Shown one piece after another: positions 26,767 through 36,072 of a stretch of DNA of 64,000 nucleotides; position 1 is the stretch's first letter; every line of letters starts with the position of its first letter. A program made the position numbers and the translations under genes. The notes under the pieces were generated by a model. That model was not told the origin of the DNA. It worked only from the letters and a program-made list of their open reading frames with translations, and ran no database searches. The stretch is from an archaeon (GTDB taxonomy: Archaea > Micrarchaeota > Micrarchaeia > Norongarragalinales > UBA97), in contig JAGVFW010000004.1 in NCBI GenBank assembly GCA_020057405.1, positions 64,001 to 128,000 of the forward strand, read 5' to 3'.

Positions 26767-27276
26767 CTATTCGAAACACTTTTTGAACAGCTCCCTAACG
26801 CGTTTTTTCTTCGCTTTAGTCGCCCTAACTGCTACCACGCCCTTGTTGGGCTGGCCGTAGAAGAGAAGCGAGCCTTCGGGAACCGCGAGCAGTAAAGGCA
26901 GGAGGAGCAGGTCTTCCTCGCCGTCAACGAAGATAACGGCGGGGCGGCCGCTTACGGCAGCGCTTACTGCAGCCTTGACTGCCTTTTGCGCGCCTGTGGA
27001 AATAGTGCCCGCGGGGTTCTTGCACTTGAATGAAACTGATTTGAGCGCGCGGAGTTTTTTTGCCAGCCTCACTTCAATGGGCTTTCGCTGGACTTGAAAG
27101 TCGACTATTGAAATACTTGGAACAAAATGGGAGAGAAAAAGGAGTGTCGTGACATCCCCGACAGTAGCGGTGAGGTCCTCACGCGTTGATTGGAAGAGAG
27201 TGACGGCATCGCGGGAAGAGAGCAGGCGTCCGAGTGGCCTTTTGAGGAACCGTCGGAACGCGGGCTTAAGCTTCAT
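26767..27276 (-). CDS. GTP-dependent dephospho-CoA kinase (DUF359)
   Basis: VGDVTT, NPAGTI, VDGEEDLL, YGQPNKG motifs. Confidence 0.9.
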   Translation of the reverse strand: MKLKPAFRRFLKRPLGRLLSSRDAVTLFQSTREDLTATVGDVTTLLFLSHFVPSISIVDFQVQRKPIEVRLAKKLRALKSVSFKCKNPAGTISTGAQKAVKAAVSAAVSGRPAVIFVDGEEDLLLLPLLLAVPEGSLLFYGQPNKGVVAVRATKAKKKRVRELFKKCFE

Positions 27277-27301
27277 CGCGAAAGTCCTTCTTTGAAGAGT
27301 T

Positions 27302-27433
27302 TTACTCGTCGCCGCCGTCGTCGTCTTCGTCCCACTCTTCGTCTTCGTCCCAATCCTCTTCGTCATCCGAGTCGTCGTCTTCGGCCATCTTGAAGACGGG
27401 TGGGAATGAGTAGGGTAGTCCATACATTTTCAT
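27302..27433 (-). CDS. Unannotated 43-aa hyper-acidic microprotein
   Basis: MKMYGLPYSFPPVFKMAEDDDSDDEEDWDEDEEWDEDDDGGDE*, preceded by SD GAGGTGA; below the ORF-track length cutoff. Confidence 0.7.
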   Translation of the reverse strand: MKMYGLPYSFPPVFKMAEDDDSDDEEDWDEDEEWDEDDDGGDE

Positions 27434-27478
27434 TTGGTGAGTCACCTCTGCAAAGTCTATTTAATTATCTGCAGTCGT

Positions 27479-28048
27479 TTATAAACCTTTTCCACCGGAG
27501 CGGGTTGCGAGGCCCGAAAGCGGCGGTTTGACCAGCAAGGCCGTCCAGTCGACTGAATCGCTTTTTCGGCTCTTTACCCGGTTTAGGAGAAATTTTGGAG
27601 TCCTTCGCTTGGTGGCGTCCACTTGAATGACTTTTTGGCTACCGTAGCTGCCTTCGGCCTTCAGGACGCAGTAGTCGAGGGCTTCCGCAACAGCATTGTC
27701 GGCCGCCTTTTGCTTGCCGTAGCCGCGTTTGGCGTAGCGCTTAAGGAGCACGCGCGGGTCGCATCGCAGCACGAGAACGGCGTCGGCCGGGAGCGCAAAC
27801 TCGCAGAGCAAATGGCCCTCGACGACGATGGAGTGGCTGGCTGAAAACCGCTTCAGAAGAGCCTTGCGGAGCTTCCTTAAGTCGACAGTGAGCTCGTTTT
27901 CGCCCCTTGCTTTCTTGGCGGCGCCAATTTCCTTGGCCAGGTCGTTGGCGTGAACTAGCTCGGCGTCAAGGAGCTTGGCTAGTGCCTTCGAAATTGTGGT
28001 CTTGCCCGCCGCGGGCACCCCAGTGATGACGAGTCGCATTATTTCCAC
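27479..28048 (-). CDS. AK6/Fap7-type adenylate kinase
   Basis: ITGVPAAGKTT P-loop, VEGH, VLRCDP..L..R..RGY. Confidence 0.9.
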   Translation of the reverse strand: MEIMRLVITGVPAAGKTTISKALAKLLDAELVHANDLAKEIGAAKKARGENELTVDLRKLRKALLKRFSASHSIVVEGHLLCEFALPADAVLVLRCDPRVLLKRYAKRGYGKQKAADNAVAEALDYCVLKAEGSYGSQKVIQVDATKRRTPKFLLNRVKSRKSDSVDWTALLVKPPLSGLATRSGGKGL

Positions 28049-28049
28049 T

Positions 28050-29945
28050 TTACTTTAAGCGTATGCTGTCGAGGTTCATAGGCACTTGCGTCTGCACGTG
28101 CAGCATGCGGTTTAGCGTGCGCGCAAGCTCTTCGCACTTGCCTTCCTCGCCGTGCATGGTCATGATGCGGGATGGCTTTGGCCGCAGGTTTCGCGTCCAT
28201 GCAAGCAATTGCGGCCTGTCCGAGTGGCCCGAGAAGCCGTCGAGAGTGAAGTTGGTGAGCTTGACGTGGATGGACTCCTGCTTGTTGGCGCTGTTTAGCA
28301 CAGGCACTTCGCGCTCGCCGTGCTGAATCTTGCGGCCAAGGGTGAGGGCCGCCTGGTAGCCGACGAAGACAAGCGAGTTGCGCTCGTCGTGGGCCATCAT
28401 CTTGAGGTACTCGACACTCGGTCCGCCCGTAAGCATGCCGCTTGGGGCGACGATGACACACGGGTCGTCGCTCTCAACTATCGCCTTTCGCTGGTCGTTG
28501 TTCTTCACGCTCTTGAACATGGGCTTGTCAAACGGCGAGTCGTTCTGCAGGATGCGGCGCTGCACGTTTCTGCGCAGGTACTCGGGATAGACGGTGTGGA
28601 TGGCGCTAGACTCTTTGACCATGCCGTCAAGGTAGACGGTGAAGTCCGGGTCCTTGAACTTTTCCTCAAGCACGAGCATTACCTCTTGCGCGCGGCCCGA
28701 GGCGATGACTGGAATGAGCACTTTGCCGCGCTTGGCGACAGTCTGGGCGACGATTTCGGCAAGCTTGGTCTCGCTTTCCTCAAGCCTTGGCTTGATGTCG
28801 GCGTGCCCGCCGTAAGTCGACTCGATTAAGAGCGTTTCCACGCGTGGGAAGTTGGTTGACGCCGGCTCGCAAAGTTTCGTGCGGCCGTACTTGAGGTCGG
28901 CACTATAGACTAAGTTGTGCATGCCCTCGCCGATGTGAAGGTGCACCATGGCACTCCCCAGCATGTGGCCCGCGTTGTGGAAGGTGAAGCGGATGTCGTT
29001 AGTCACGTCGGTGACTTCGCCGTACTCGCGAGTGATGATGTGCGCGAGCTGTTTTTTGATGTCGCGCTCGCCAAAGGGTGCCTTGCCCGTCTCGCTGTGC
29101 ATGACGTTGATGCAGTCCTGCTGGAGCAACACCATCATGTCGCGGGTCGGGGGCGTGACGTAAGTCGGTCCTTCGTAGCCGTAGGCGTAGAGGTAGGGCA
29201 CGAAGCCGCTGTGGTCAAGGTGGGCGTGGGAAATGATGACTGCGTCGATTTGCTCAAGCGAGAGGCCCATGGCGTTAAGGTACGGATACGCTCGGCTGGC
29301 GTCGCTGGTGTCGATGTTGATGCCGCAGTCGATAATGACGTTGGAATTAGGCGTTTGCAAGAGAAAACAGCTTCGGCCGACTTCGCGGAATCCGCCAAGG
29401 GCGGTGATTTTGACCCACTCGCAGGGCTTTCCGGGAATGGTGAAGAGCTTCTTGCCTAAGTTTACGAGGAACTTCTTGCGCTGTTCGCTCATCGTGTGGC
29501 TCGCACCCCGTATGGCTGCAATAGTCTCGCTGGGCATTGTCGGCGAGCGCAGCACCCGGGGCGACCAGCCGGTTGCCAGGATGATGGACTTTAGCACAGA
29601 GCCCTGCTTGCCGATGACAATGCCGGGCTTCATCGTCTCAATGATGACTTCGTTGAAGTTCGGGTCAAAGTGGATGTCCTTTACGCCGGCTTCCTCGGGA
29701 ATGAGTTCCTTTAGCTTGGCCATGGCGCGCTCAACGGGCATTAGGACGCTTGAGTCGGCGCGCACGACGATTTTCTTGCGCAGCTTGCCCGCTATGCGGG
29801 TGATAAGGTGCTCGTCGGAGTAAAACGCCTGCATGTTCTTGATGTAGATGACAATCTGGGGGCCCTCGAGCTCGACTTTGACGAGTTCGCAGGCTTGGGG
29901 CAGGACTGACTTGACTGTTTCTTCGATTTCCTTTAAGCCACTCAT
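28050..29945 (-). CDS. fttA: Beta-CASP ribonuclease aCPSF1 / transcription termination factor FttA
   Basis: N-terminal KH domains, LGGFREVGRS, HAHLDH, AGHMLGS, FSGHSD, HGE; next to psmB. Confidence 0.96.
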   Translation of the reverse strand: MSGLKEIEETVKSVLPQACELVKVELEGPQIVIYIKNMQAFYSDEHLITRIAGKLRKKIVVRADSSVLMPVERAMAKLKELIPEEAGVKDIHFDPNFNEVIIETMKPGIVIGKQGSVLKSIILATGWSPRVLRSPTMPSETIAAIRGASHTMSEQRKKFLVNLGKKLFTIPGKPCEWVKITALGGFREVGRSCFLLQTPNSNVIIDCGINIDTSDASRAYPYLNAMGLSLEQIDAVIISHAHLDHSGFVPYLYAYGYEGPTYVTPPTRDMMVLLQQDCINVMHSETGKAPFGERDIKKQLAHIITREYGEVTDVTNDIRFTFHNAGHMLGSAMVHLHIGEGMHNLVYSADLKYGRTKLCEPASTNFPRVETLLIESTYGGHADIKPRLEESETKLAEIVAQTVAKRGKVLIPVIASGRAQEVMLVLEEKFKDPDFTVYLDGMVKESSAIHTVYPEYLRRNVQRRILQNDSPFDKPMFKSVKNNDQRKAIVESDDPCVIVAPSGMLTGGPSVEYLKMMAHDERNSLVFVGYQAALTLGRKIQHGEREVPVLNSANKQESIHVKLTNFTLDGFSGHSDRPQLLAWTRNLRPKPSRIMTMHGEEGKCEELARTLNRMLHVQTQVPMNLDSIRLK

Positions 29946-30045
29946 AGTAATTTTCCTCTTTTCAGATATAACTCGAGCTAATGCGCTTATACTGTAAACT
30001 AACGGGGTTGCCTCCCAAATTTCAGGGTTGGTGAAAATCTTTGTT

Positions 30046-30675
30046 TTACGAAAGCGCGGGTATGACCGGAGCGGTCTTGTACTTCTTAATCGAGTCGCGG
30101 CTGATTGCAACCACGTCGATTCCCTCGCCGCTTGCGCTGTCGCGCTTGATTGCCGCGCGGATTGCCCGCTTGGCCAGCTCGACGGCGTCCTCTTCCTTCA
30201 TGCCTTCCTTAAAGCCGTCGTCAAGCACGCCGTACGCGACGATGCTGCCGCTCCCAGTTGACGTGTATTTCTCCTCAAGCAATCCGCCGAAGAGGTCGAC
30301 GTCAAAGAGGCGGGGCGCCGTGTCGTAGCCGCCGATGATGATTTGGACGATGTACGGGAAGTACTTGCTTCCCTGCAAGACGTTTGCAAGAAGCGTCGCC
30401 GAGCCCTGGATTGAGAGAGCCTCGCCGCTTGAATACTTGTACATCTCAAGCTCTGCGCGAAGCAGCCGCGCGAGTGACTGCGCGTCGCCAACCCCACCGG
30501 CGGTAGTGATTGCAATTCTATCGCCGACGGGGAGAATCTTCTCGACGTCCTTGCTTGCGATGAAGGTGCCCATGGTCGCGCGCTTTTCAGCGGCAAGGAT
30601 TACGCCCTTGTCGTAGACTATGCCGACAGTCGTAGTGCCCTTGAACTTCTTGTCTTCAGCGCTGTTATCATTCAT
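30046..30675 (-). CDS. psmB: Proteasome subunit beta
   Basis: Propeptide then G|TTTVG, TGSGS, RDSASG. Confidence 0.97.
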   Translation of the reverse strand: MNDNSAEDKKFKGTTTVGIVYDKGVILAAEKRATMGTFIASKDVEKILPVGDRIAITTAGGVGDAQSLARLLRAELEMYKYSSGEALSIQGSATLLANVLQGSKYFPYIVQIIIGGYDTAPRLFDVDLFGGLLEEKYTSTGSGSIVAYGVLDDGFKEGMKEEDAVELAKRAIRAAIKRDSASGEGIDVVAISRDSIKKYKTAPVIPALS

Positions 30676-30749
30676 GCGCTACCACCCCATGATAGAAACC
30701 GAAACGGATTGCAACACACCTTTGTTCCCAAAAATATTTAAACCATCTG

Positions 30750-31385
30750 TTATACCGAGTCTGGCGACTCGTAGTCCTCACAGAACGAAACCGTCTTCAC
30801 TCCGGGCACGTATCTCAGGCAGCGGGCGACAAACCCGAGCTTTCGGGAAATGAAGTCAGTGTCCTTTCGCACGCCAGCGGATGCGGAGACCTTGACAACG
30901 GAGCCCTCAAGCACTGCAGTGCAGCCCGAAAGCATGTGCTCCTGCATGCCAGTCACCTTGTCTGCCGGAGTCGAGAAAGACTTTTGGATGGTAAACTCGT
31001 ACTCAACCAGCTTACCCGCCAGCTCGTGGTTAAAGTCAACGCGAACCCTGCCGCCGCTAACGCTTTGGATGCGCGCAGGCACGCCGTCAAGCTCTACGGG
31101 CAGTCCCGCAACGGGCTCTAGGCCCTGGCGGTGGAACTGCTCAAGGGGAATTAAGCGAACCGCGTCGTCACGGCGCTCGCCAAAAGCATTCTCTGGAGCG
31201 AGGGAAACTTTAGTCGCCGAACCCACCTCAGCAGCGAGCAGGGCATCATCGAGGCCCTTGACAACCTGGCCCTCGCCGGCAAATACGACTAGGGGCTTTT
31301 CGCTCTTCTCGAACACTGCACCGCCAGCACTGCCAGTAATCATGACTTCAATAAGATCGCCTTTCGAAACCTTCACTAAAACCAC
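30750..31385 (-). CDS. FKBP-type peptidyl-prolyl isomerase (long archaeal SlyD type)
   Basis: GEGQVVKGLD, PENAFGER, GRVRVDFNHELAGK. Confidence 0.92.
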   Translation of the reverse strand: MVLVKVSKGDLIEVMITGSAGGAVFEKSEKPLVVFAGEGQVVKGLDDALLAAEVGSATKVSLAPENAFGERRDDAVRLIPLEQFHRQGLEPVAGLPVELDGVPARIQSVSGGRVRVDFNHELAGKLVEYEFTIQKSFSTPADKVTGMQEHMLSGCTAVLEGSVVKVSASAGVRKDTDFISRKLGFVARCLRYVPGVKTVSFCEDYESPDSV

Positions 31386-31388
31386 CCT

Positions 31389-32204
31389 CTAGTTTGACGA
31401 ATTGGAATCATTGAAACCGCCCGCAGGCGAAGGCGTTGCCGACGGCAGCGGCGTTGCAGTCAAGTTTCCGCCAGTCGAATTACCCGTTGAATTGCCAGTC
31501 GAGTTGCCGATAGTGCCGTTAGTCGCGTTGCCCGTCGTCTCGTTTGCCGGCGGGTTGGCGGTTATCTCGCCGACGTTTTGCTCCTCGGCAACCATGTCCG
31601 TGATTTGGGCTCCCGTTAGGGTGACGGAAATGTAGACTAGAACCGTGTCGTTGACCCGCGTCGAAATCGCCTCGAGATAGGCAGGAACGCCGGCCAAATT
31701 CGCCGTCTGAAGGCCGTAGCCCCTCGCCTCAAGCGGGTAAATCGTCCGGTTGCCTTGGATAGCGCTGTCGGGAGCGGCCTGCAGGACTACAGGGCCAGTA
31801 AAATCTATGAGCGACGAGCGCAGGACCTTCAGGTTAGTGCACCTGGAAACCGAAGCCGCGGCCACATTGGCAGCAATCGCACTTCCGTCCCGAGTGGCGT
31901 TTAGAACAACAATGAAGAGCTCTGGACTGGCTTTGAAGGCAGTTGAAACGCCTGAGATGGACTCAAGCGCAGCCAGTTCGTCGGCTGCAGGGGACCCGCA
32001 CTGGACAATCAACTGGCTGCCCAATACGAGTACGCGCGCTGAGGCTGGCGCGAAGCCCTTAAACTGCGTCGCGTCGGGCGTTGGCTGGCTGCCCGCCGCC
32101 GCGTCGGCGGCGTTTGGGACGCTTAGAATGACGCTGAATAGTGAGATGCCGAATAGCAAGATGATTGCTACTGTAAAGTAGAACGTAGCGGGTCTTGCAG
32201 CCAT
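31389..32204 (-). CDS. Membrane-anchored hypothetical glycoprotein
   Basis: N-terminal TM; C-terminal GNST repeats plus Pro/Thr linker. Confidence 0.75.
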   Translation of the reverse strand: MAARPATFYFTVAIILLFGISLFSVILSVPNAADAAAGSQPTPDATQFKGFAPASARVLVLGSQLIVQCGSPAADELAALESISGVSTAFKASPELFIVVLNATRDGSAIAANVAAASVSRCTNLKVLRSSLIDFTGPVVLQAAPDSAIQGNRTIYPLEARGYGLQTANLAGVPAYLEAISTRVNDTVLVYISVTLTGAQITDMVAEEQNVGEITANPPANETTGNATNGTIGNSTGNSTGNSTGGNLTATPLPSATPSPAGGFNDSNSSN

Positions 32205-32298
32205 GGGAACTAAAGCACCTGTACAAGCAGTTGATGAACGGAAAGGCAAATAAAAGGTTCAGTAAAGCGAAGGAAAGCGGCTATTCAGTAAAGAGTTG

Positions 32299-32348
32299 AA
32301 GAAAAAAGAAGAAAGAAAAAGAGGGGGAGAGGCGTTTTACCGCCCCTC
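32299..32348 (-). terminator. Terminator of S-layer gene
   Basis: Hairpin GAGGGGCG...CGCCTCTC followed by a long pyrimidine/U tract on the minus strand. Confidence 0.65.
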
Positions 32349-32361
32349 AAAGCACTACGCC

Positions 32362-35232
32362 TTAGACGCCACGGACAGCATCGCGGTTCGTCGCCAACCA
32401 ACCGATTAGCGCGTTAGCCGCATCCTGCGTGTCCTGAGCCGTGTAGCCAGCGACGATAACCTTACCGCCGATGACACGGACGATGGACGAACCGGGTGCG
32501 TTGGTCGCCTCGGCAACGCCGGGGGTTCCAGCAGCAACGCTGTTCACCATCGGGCCGCCGACGACGATTACCTGCGCGGTCGAGCCGGCATCGGTGTCAA
32601 GTACGACGAGCCTGTCCGACGCGGTGTTGAGCGGCGTGACAACTGCAGCCTTTGCAGGCGAGCAGGTGCCAGCACCACCAGAACCAGCGCCAGTGCAGAC
32701 TGCGGTACCGCCGATGGCCGAAACCATGACCTTGTAGCCGCCGCCGAGCGAGTACTCCTCGCCTTCCTTAAGCGTAGTCGTCGAGACGATAGCACCGGAT
32801 TCGGTGATGTTCACGTCAGAGGGCGCACCAAACTGCCAGCGAGCCTTCACCAGCTTCTTCGGGTACAAGACGGCAATCTCGTTGTTGCTCAACATCGAGA
32901 GGACGCTTCCACCGGGCGTGATGTATCCCTGCTCAGCACCGAGGGTGCCGGTTGCGGGCATGTTCGTTATCGACGTGCCGGGCGAAGTCGTGGTCGTGTA
33001 CTGCGTAGTCAGGGTCGAGGTCGTCAACGTGCTGTTGAACAAGTACTGCGCATCGGTGTCAGTTCCACCAGGGAACATGTCGATGTTGAAGTAACCATTC
33101 AGGGCAGCGGTGTTGTCGATGATGGGCTCGTAGATGCGGAGCTTGATCGTCGCACCAGTGTTGTTGGCGAAGGGCAGAGTCTGTCCAATAACCTGGACGT
33201 TGACCTGCGCGCTTGCGTTGAAGCTCGTCGTCGTTGAAGGCAGAGTCGCCAACAGGAAATTACCTGTCGAGTTACCCATGTAGACCTTGAACGCCGCAGC
33301 GCCGTTTACTGGCAACCACGATAGGATAGGACCGCCCGCGAGTGCACCACCATCGTGGACACGAGTCTCTGCGCGTGCAATGGACTCAGAGCCTGACGAG
33401 GTGTTGTAGGTCACGAAGTACCTAGCCGACGTAGTCATGTTGAACGCGGCTGAACCGGGGTTGTAGGTTGCGGTGAAGCCAGCGGGGCCGGGCCTTGCGT
33501 TTGAGCTGACCAGCATGATACCAGCACTCGCCGTAGTCGACGGGTAGTAGTAGTCAAGCGTGTCGTCTGCTACGTCGCTCGGGGTAGTGTAGTTTGACTG
33601 CGTGCCCGAAGCATCGTAGACGATGAAGCGACCGTTGTACTTGTCGATCCACACGGTGTCGTAGGTCTTGCCGCCAACGAGAAACGCGTTGTTGTAGGCT
33701 GACTTGAGCTGAGTCACGTTGACATCGACGTTAGTGCCGAAGCCGAGCGTGCCGTCAGACTGCCTTGAGATGACGTTGACGAACGGGTCTGCCGTCGCGT
33801 TGTCACCAAGAGGCGACATCTTGCTCATGGTCGTCCTGCCGAGCGCCTTGATAGTCAAGGTGTCGTGGTCGGTTGGAACCTGGCCAAGGAAGGTCAAGCT
33901 CTTTGCCACAGGCTTCGCAATGAGGTTGAAAGACTTTCCAACTTTCACGCGAGTCGAGGTGGGGCCAGACAGCTTAATCTGCTTGAGCGACTTCTGCGCT
34001 TGGTCACCAACAGTCAACTGGTTGAACACGAGGTTCGCAACCCAGTTGGCATCCTGGTTCAGACGCGTAGACGCGTCGTCACCCTGGAACACGAGCTTGC
34101 TACCGTCCGTTAGGGTAATAGCGCTCGAGTAGACGGCAACCTCAGTGTATGAGGAGTCGCCGCCGCCCACGAAAACATCGCGGACGTGCAGGATGATGCC
34201 GTTCTTGTTGTAGTCTGAGGACGACTTGGACATCGAGAAGAAGTCCAGGCGGGTGCCCTCTGCGTCAGTTATCTCGAACGAGGAGAAAGGCTCGTTTCCA
34301 CCACCAGTGGCGATGGGTGAGATGCTGACCAGGCGGACTTCCTTGTCGCCGAGCTTGATGGACTCACCAGCCTTCATCTGCTTGAAGACTGCTGACTCAC
34401 CGAGGCTGAGCGTCGGGGTCGTCGTTGCGGTGCCGTTCTCAAAGTCAGTGATGACAAAGTCGCGGCCGAGGAACTTCACCTTGATGTTCCTGTTCTCCGT
34501 AATCTTGTCGTCATTGCTTGAGCGGCCTGAAGTGCTGCCGTTGACGATGTCGATGTGGTAGGGGACGGCATCAGTAAAGTTGCTGATGTATGCCATCTTG
34601 ATGCGGTCTGCCACAAGAGCGTCCTCAGTGAAGTCGTAGTAGTTCTGGCCAGAGACGTAGAAGCCGTCTTCCTGGGTAACAGTGTACGAGCCGAGGTTTG
34701 TAACAGCGCCCTTGAAGACAACGTCGGGGAAGAGCGTGTTTGACAGGTAGAAACCACCAGTGGTGATGCCGTTACCAACCAAGAGGCTGGCAGCGTCGTC
34801 GTCACGGGTCGTCGTGGCGGTCTTGATGTCGTTGTCAAGGAAGTCGTAGAGCTGCGTGTCGATGGTTGCAGTGCCGGTCTGGCCTGTTGCGCCTGCGGGC
34901 GAAGTAACCGAGAGGTCAACAGTCTTGTCGGCCACAGTGCCTGCGGGAAGTCCCGTAGGAGCGGGCGACGCGGTTGTGCCACCGAGCTGGGTGACATCAC
35001 GCTCGCTGTACGCGAGGTTGCCTACCATGGCGGCAATGTTGGCGGCAGCGACACCGTCCCAAATCTGGGCGTTGGAGCCGACGACAATCTTCACATTGGG
35101 CTCGCCATTGGTAAAGAAGTTATAGTTACCAAGGCTGCTTTCATCTACCGTGACAGCGCCAGCGAAGGCAGCCGCAAGGAGAGCTCCACCAGCAGCGGCG
35201 GAAGCGATTTTCTTCACATTCAAACTCTTCAC
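32362..35232 (-). CDS. S-layer protein (Methanococcales/Thermococcales-type N and C domains), 956 aa
   Basis: GTG start with GGGGTGA SD; KKIAS..AGG signal, IVVGSNA..DGVAAANIAA, C-terminal VVGGPMVN and IVAGYTAQDT; many N-x-S/T sequons. Confidence 0.9.
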   Translation of the reverse strand: MKSLNVKKIASAAAGGALLAAAFAGAVTVDESSLGNYNFFTNGEPNVKIVVGSNAQIWDGVAAANIAAMVGNLAYSERDVTQLGGTTASPAPTGLPAGTVADKTVDLSVTSPAGATGQTGTATIDTQLYDFLDNDIKTATTTRDDDAASLLVGNGITTGGFYLSNTLFPDVVFKGAVTNLGSYTVTQEDGFYVSGQNYYDFTEDALVADRIKMAYISNFTDAVPYHIDIVNGSTSGRSSNDDKITENRNIKVKFLGRDFVITDFENGTATTTPTLSLGESAVFKQMKAGESIKLGDKEVRLVSISPIATGGGNEPFSSFEITDAEGTRLDFFSMSKSSSDYNKNGIILHVRDVFVGGGDSSYTEVAVYSSAITLTDGSKLVFQGDDASTRLNQDANWVANLVFNQLTVGDQAQKSLKQIKLSGPTSTRVKVGKSFNLIAKPVAKSLTFLGQVPTDHDTLTIKALGRTTMSKMSPLGDNATADPFVNVISRQSDGTLGFGTNVDVNVTQLKSAYNNAFLVGGKTYDTVWIDKYNGRFIVYDASGTQSNYTTPSDVADDTLDYYYPSTTASAGIMLVSSNARPGPAGFTATYNPGSAAFNMTTSARYFVTYNTSSGSESIARAETRVHDGGALAGGPILSWLPVNGAAAFKVYMGNSTGNFLLATLPSTTTSFNASAQVNVQVIGQTLPFANNTGATIKLRIYEPIIDNTAALNGYFNIDMFPGGTDTDAQYLFNSTLTTSTLTTQYTTTTSPGTSITNMPATGTLGAEQGYITPGGSVLSMLSNNEIAVLYPKKLVKARWQFGAPSDVNITESGAIVSTTTLKEGEEYSLGGGYKVMVSAIGGTAVCTGAGSGGAGTCSPAKAAVVTPLNTASDRLVVLDTDAGSTAQVIVVGGPMVNSVAAGTPGVAEATNAPGSSIVRVIGGKVIVAGYTAQDTQDAANALIGWLATNRDAVRGV

Positions 35233-35310
35233 GAAATCACCCCGTACGAACCTTGTGGGTTCGGACAATGTCTTACAAAGACCTATGTTATACACCAACT
35301 TGACGCCGCT

Positions 35311-35317
35311 ATTTAAA
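35311..35317 (-). promoter_or_regulatory. Candidate S-layer gene TATA box with hairpin-containing leader
   Basis: TTTAAAT on the minus strand; leader hairpin CGAACC/GGTTCG (35247-35263) precedes the SD. Confidence 0.45.
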
Positions 35318-35565
35318 CCTTCGCGCCCCGACAACGGTTTTTTAAACCATCGCCAAGAAGCGATGCTTATACAGCACCAAGCTAGTGGAATACCCTTAAC
35401 ACTGGGTCGCTTTATAAGAGTTACGGGTAAAGTATTGCCTACTGACGATGATTTGGGGGACGGGAAGCGAATTTGGGCCCTTTTTCGCCGTAACCCCTTT
35501 CGACAAACATTAGACGCCTGACGAAGAAAACACAGCTTTAGAGTGCGCCAGATGGGAAAAACCAT

Positions 35566-35964
35566 GGACCGCCGCCACCAAAGACTCCCGGGGGGAACTA
35601 GCACCAAAAACCTAGCGCCTGCCTGCCAACCGCATCCGGCTACGCCGGCAGGGACAACCACCACACCCCCCATAGGCGGCACGGAGGTGACGCCAGGCGG
35701 CCGGGACTTTTTGCGCCATTACCTTATACTATAATAGTACAAACCCGGTTTTGGGGCTAAAACGACTCCGAAGCCCCGCCCCCAACTTGGGGGGGTAGAG
35801 ATGCACGAGCAGTTTGACCAAGCAGAGCTAGGCTGGTCCGCGTGGAGCATAGCTCACGGGAGCCGTGAACGCGTCAAGCGTCCACCCGCTCCAGCAAACC
35901 CGTAGGGTTTAGCCCGGAACACCAAGCCGGGAGGCTCGCAGAACCGCGATGTCTCCCTCCCCCC
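35566..35964. other. Unassigned GC-rich highly structured non-coding region (two folded domains)
   Basis: Many nested complementary segments, no credible ORF; see findings. Confidence 0.4.
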
Positions 35965-36072
35965 TAACTTAAACGAAAGTAAAATAAACTGTTGGGAACT
36001 ATTGGATAGTCAAGTAAAAGGGTTCTGCCGCTATTGTCGGCGCGGGCCATTGTGATTTTGGAGGGGGGTTTT

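Noticed and set aside
27300-27390. TCG/TCT-rich tract as microsatellite or CRISPR-like array
   Set aside because: Explained by Asp/Glu codons of the minus-strand acidic ORF; no repeat-spacer structure. No CRISPR array was seen anywhere in the window.
35233-35682. 150-aa N-terminal extension of the S-layer ORF in the ORF track
   Set aside because: The true start is GTG 35232 with a GGGGTGA SD and signal peptide; the upstream frame is promoter and non-coding sequence.
35543-35734. 63-aa plus-strand ORF in the S-layer upstream region
   Set aside because: Pro/Thr/Gly composition typical of GC-rich structured DNA, with no SD or motif.
35566-35964. Assignment as RNase P RNA, SRP RNA or 5S rRNA
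   Set aside because: I could not find GAGGAAAGUCC/CR-V, the SRP helix-8 motif or the 5S consensus on either strand; left unassigned.
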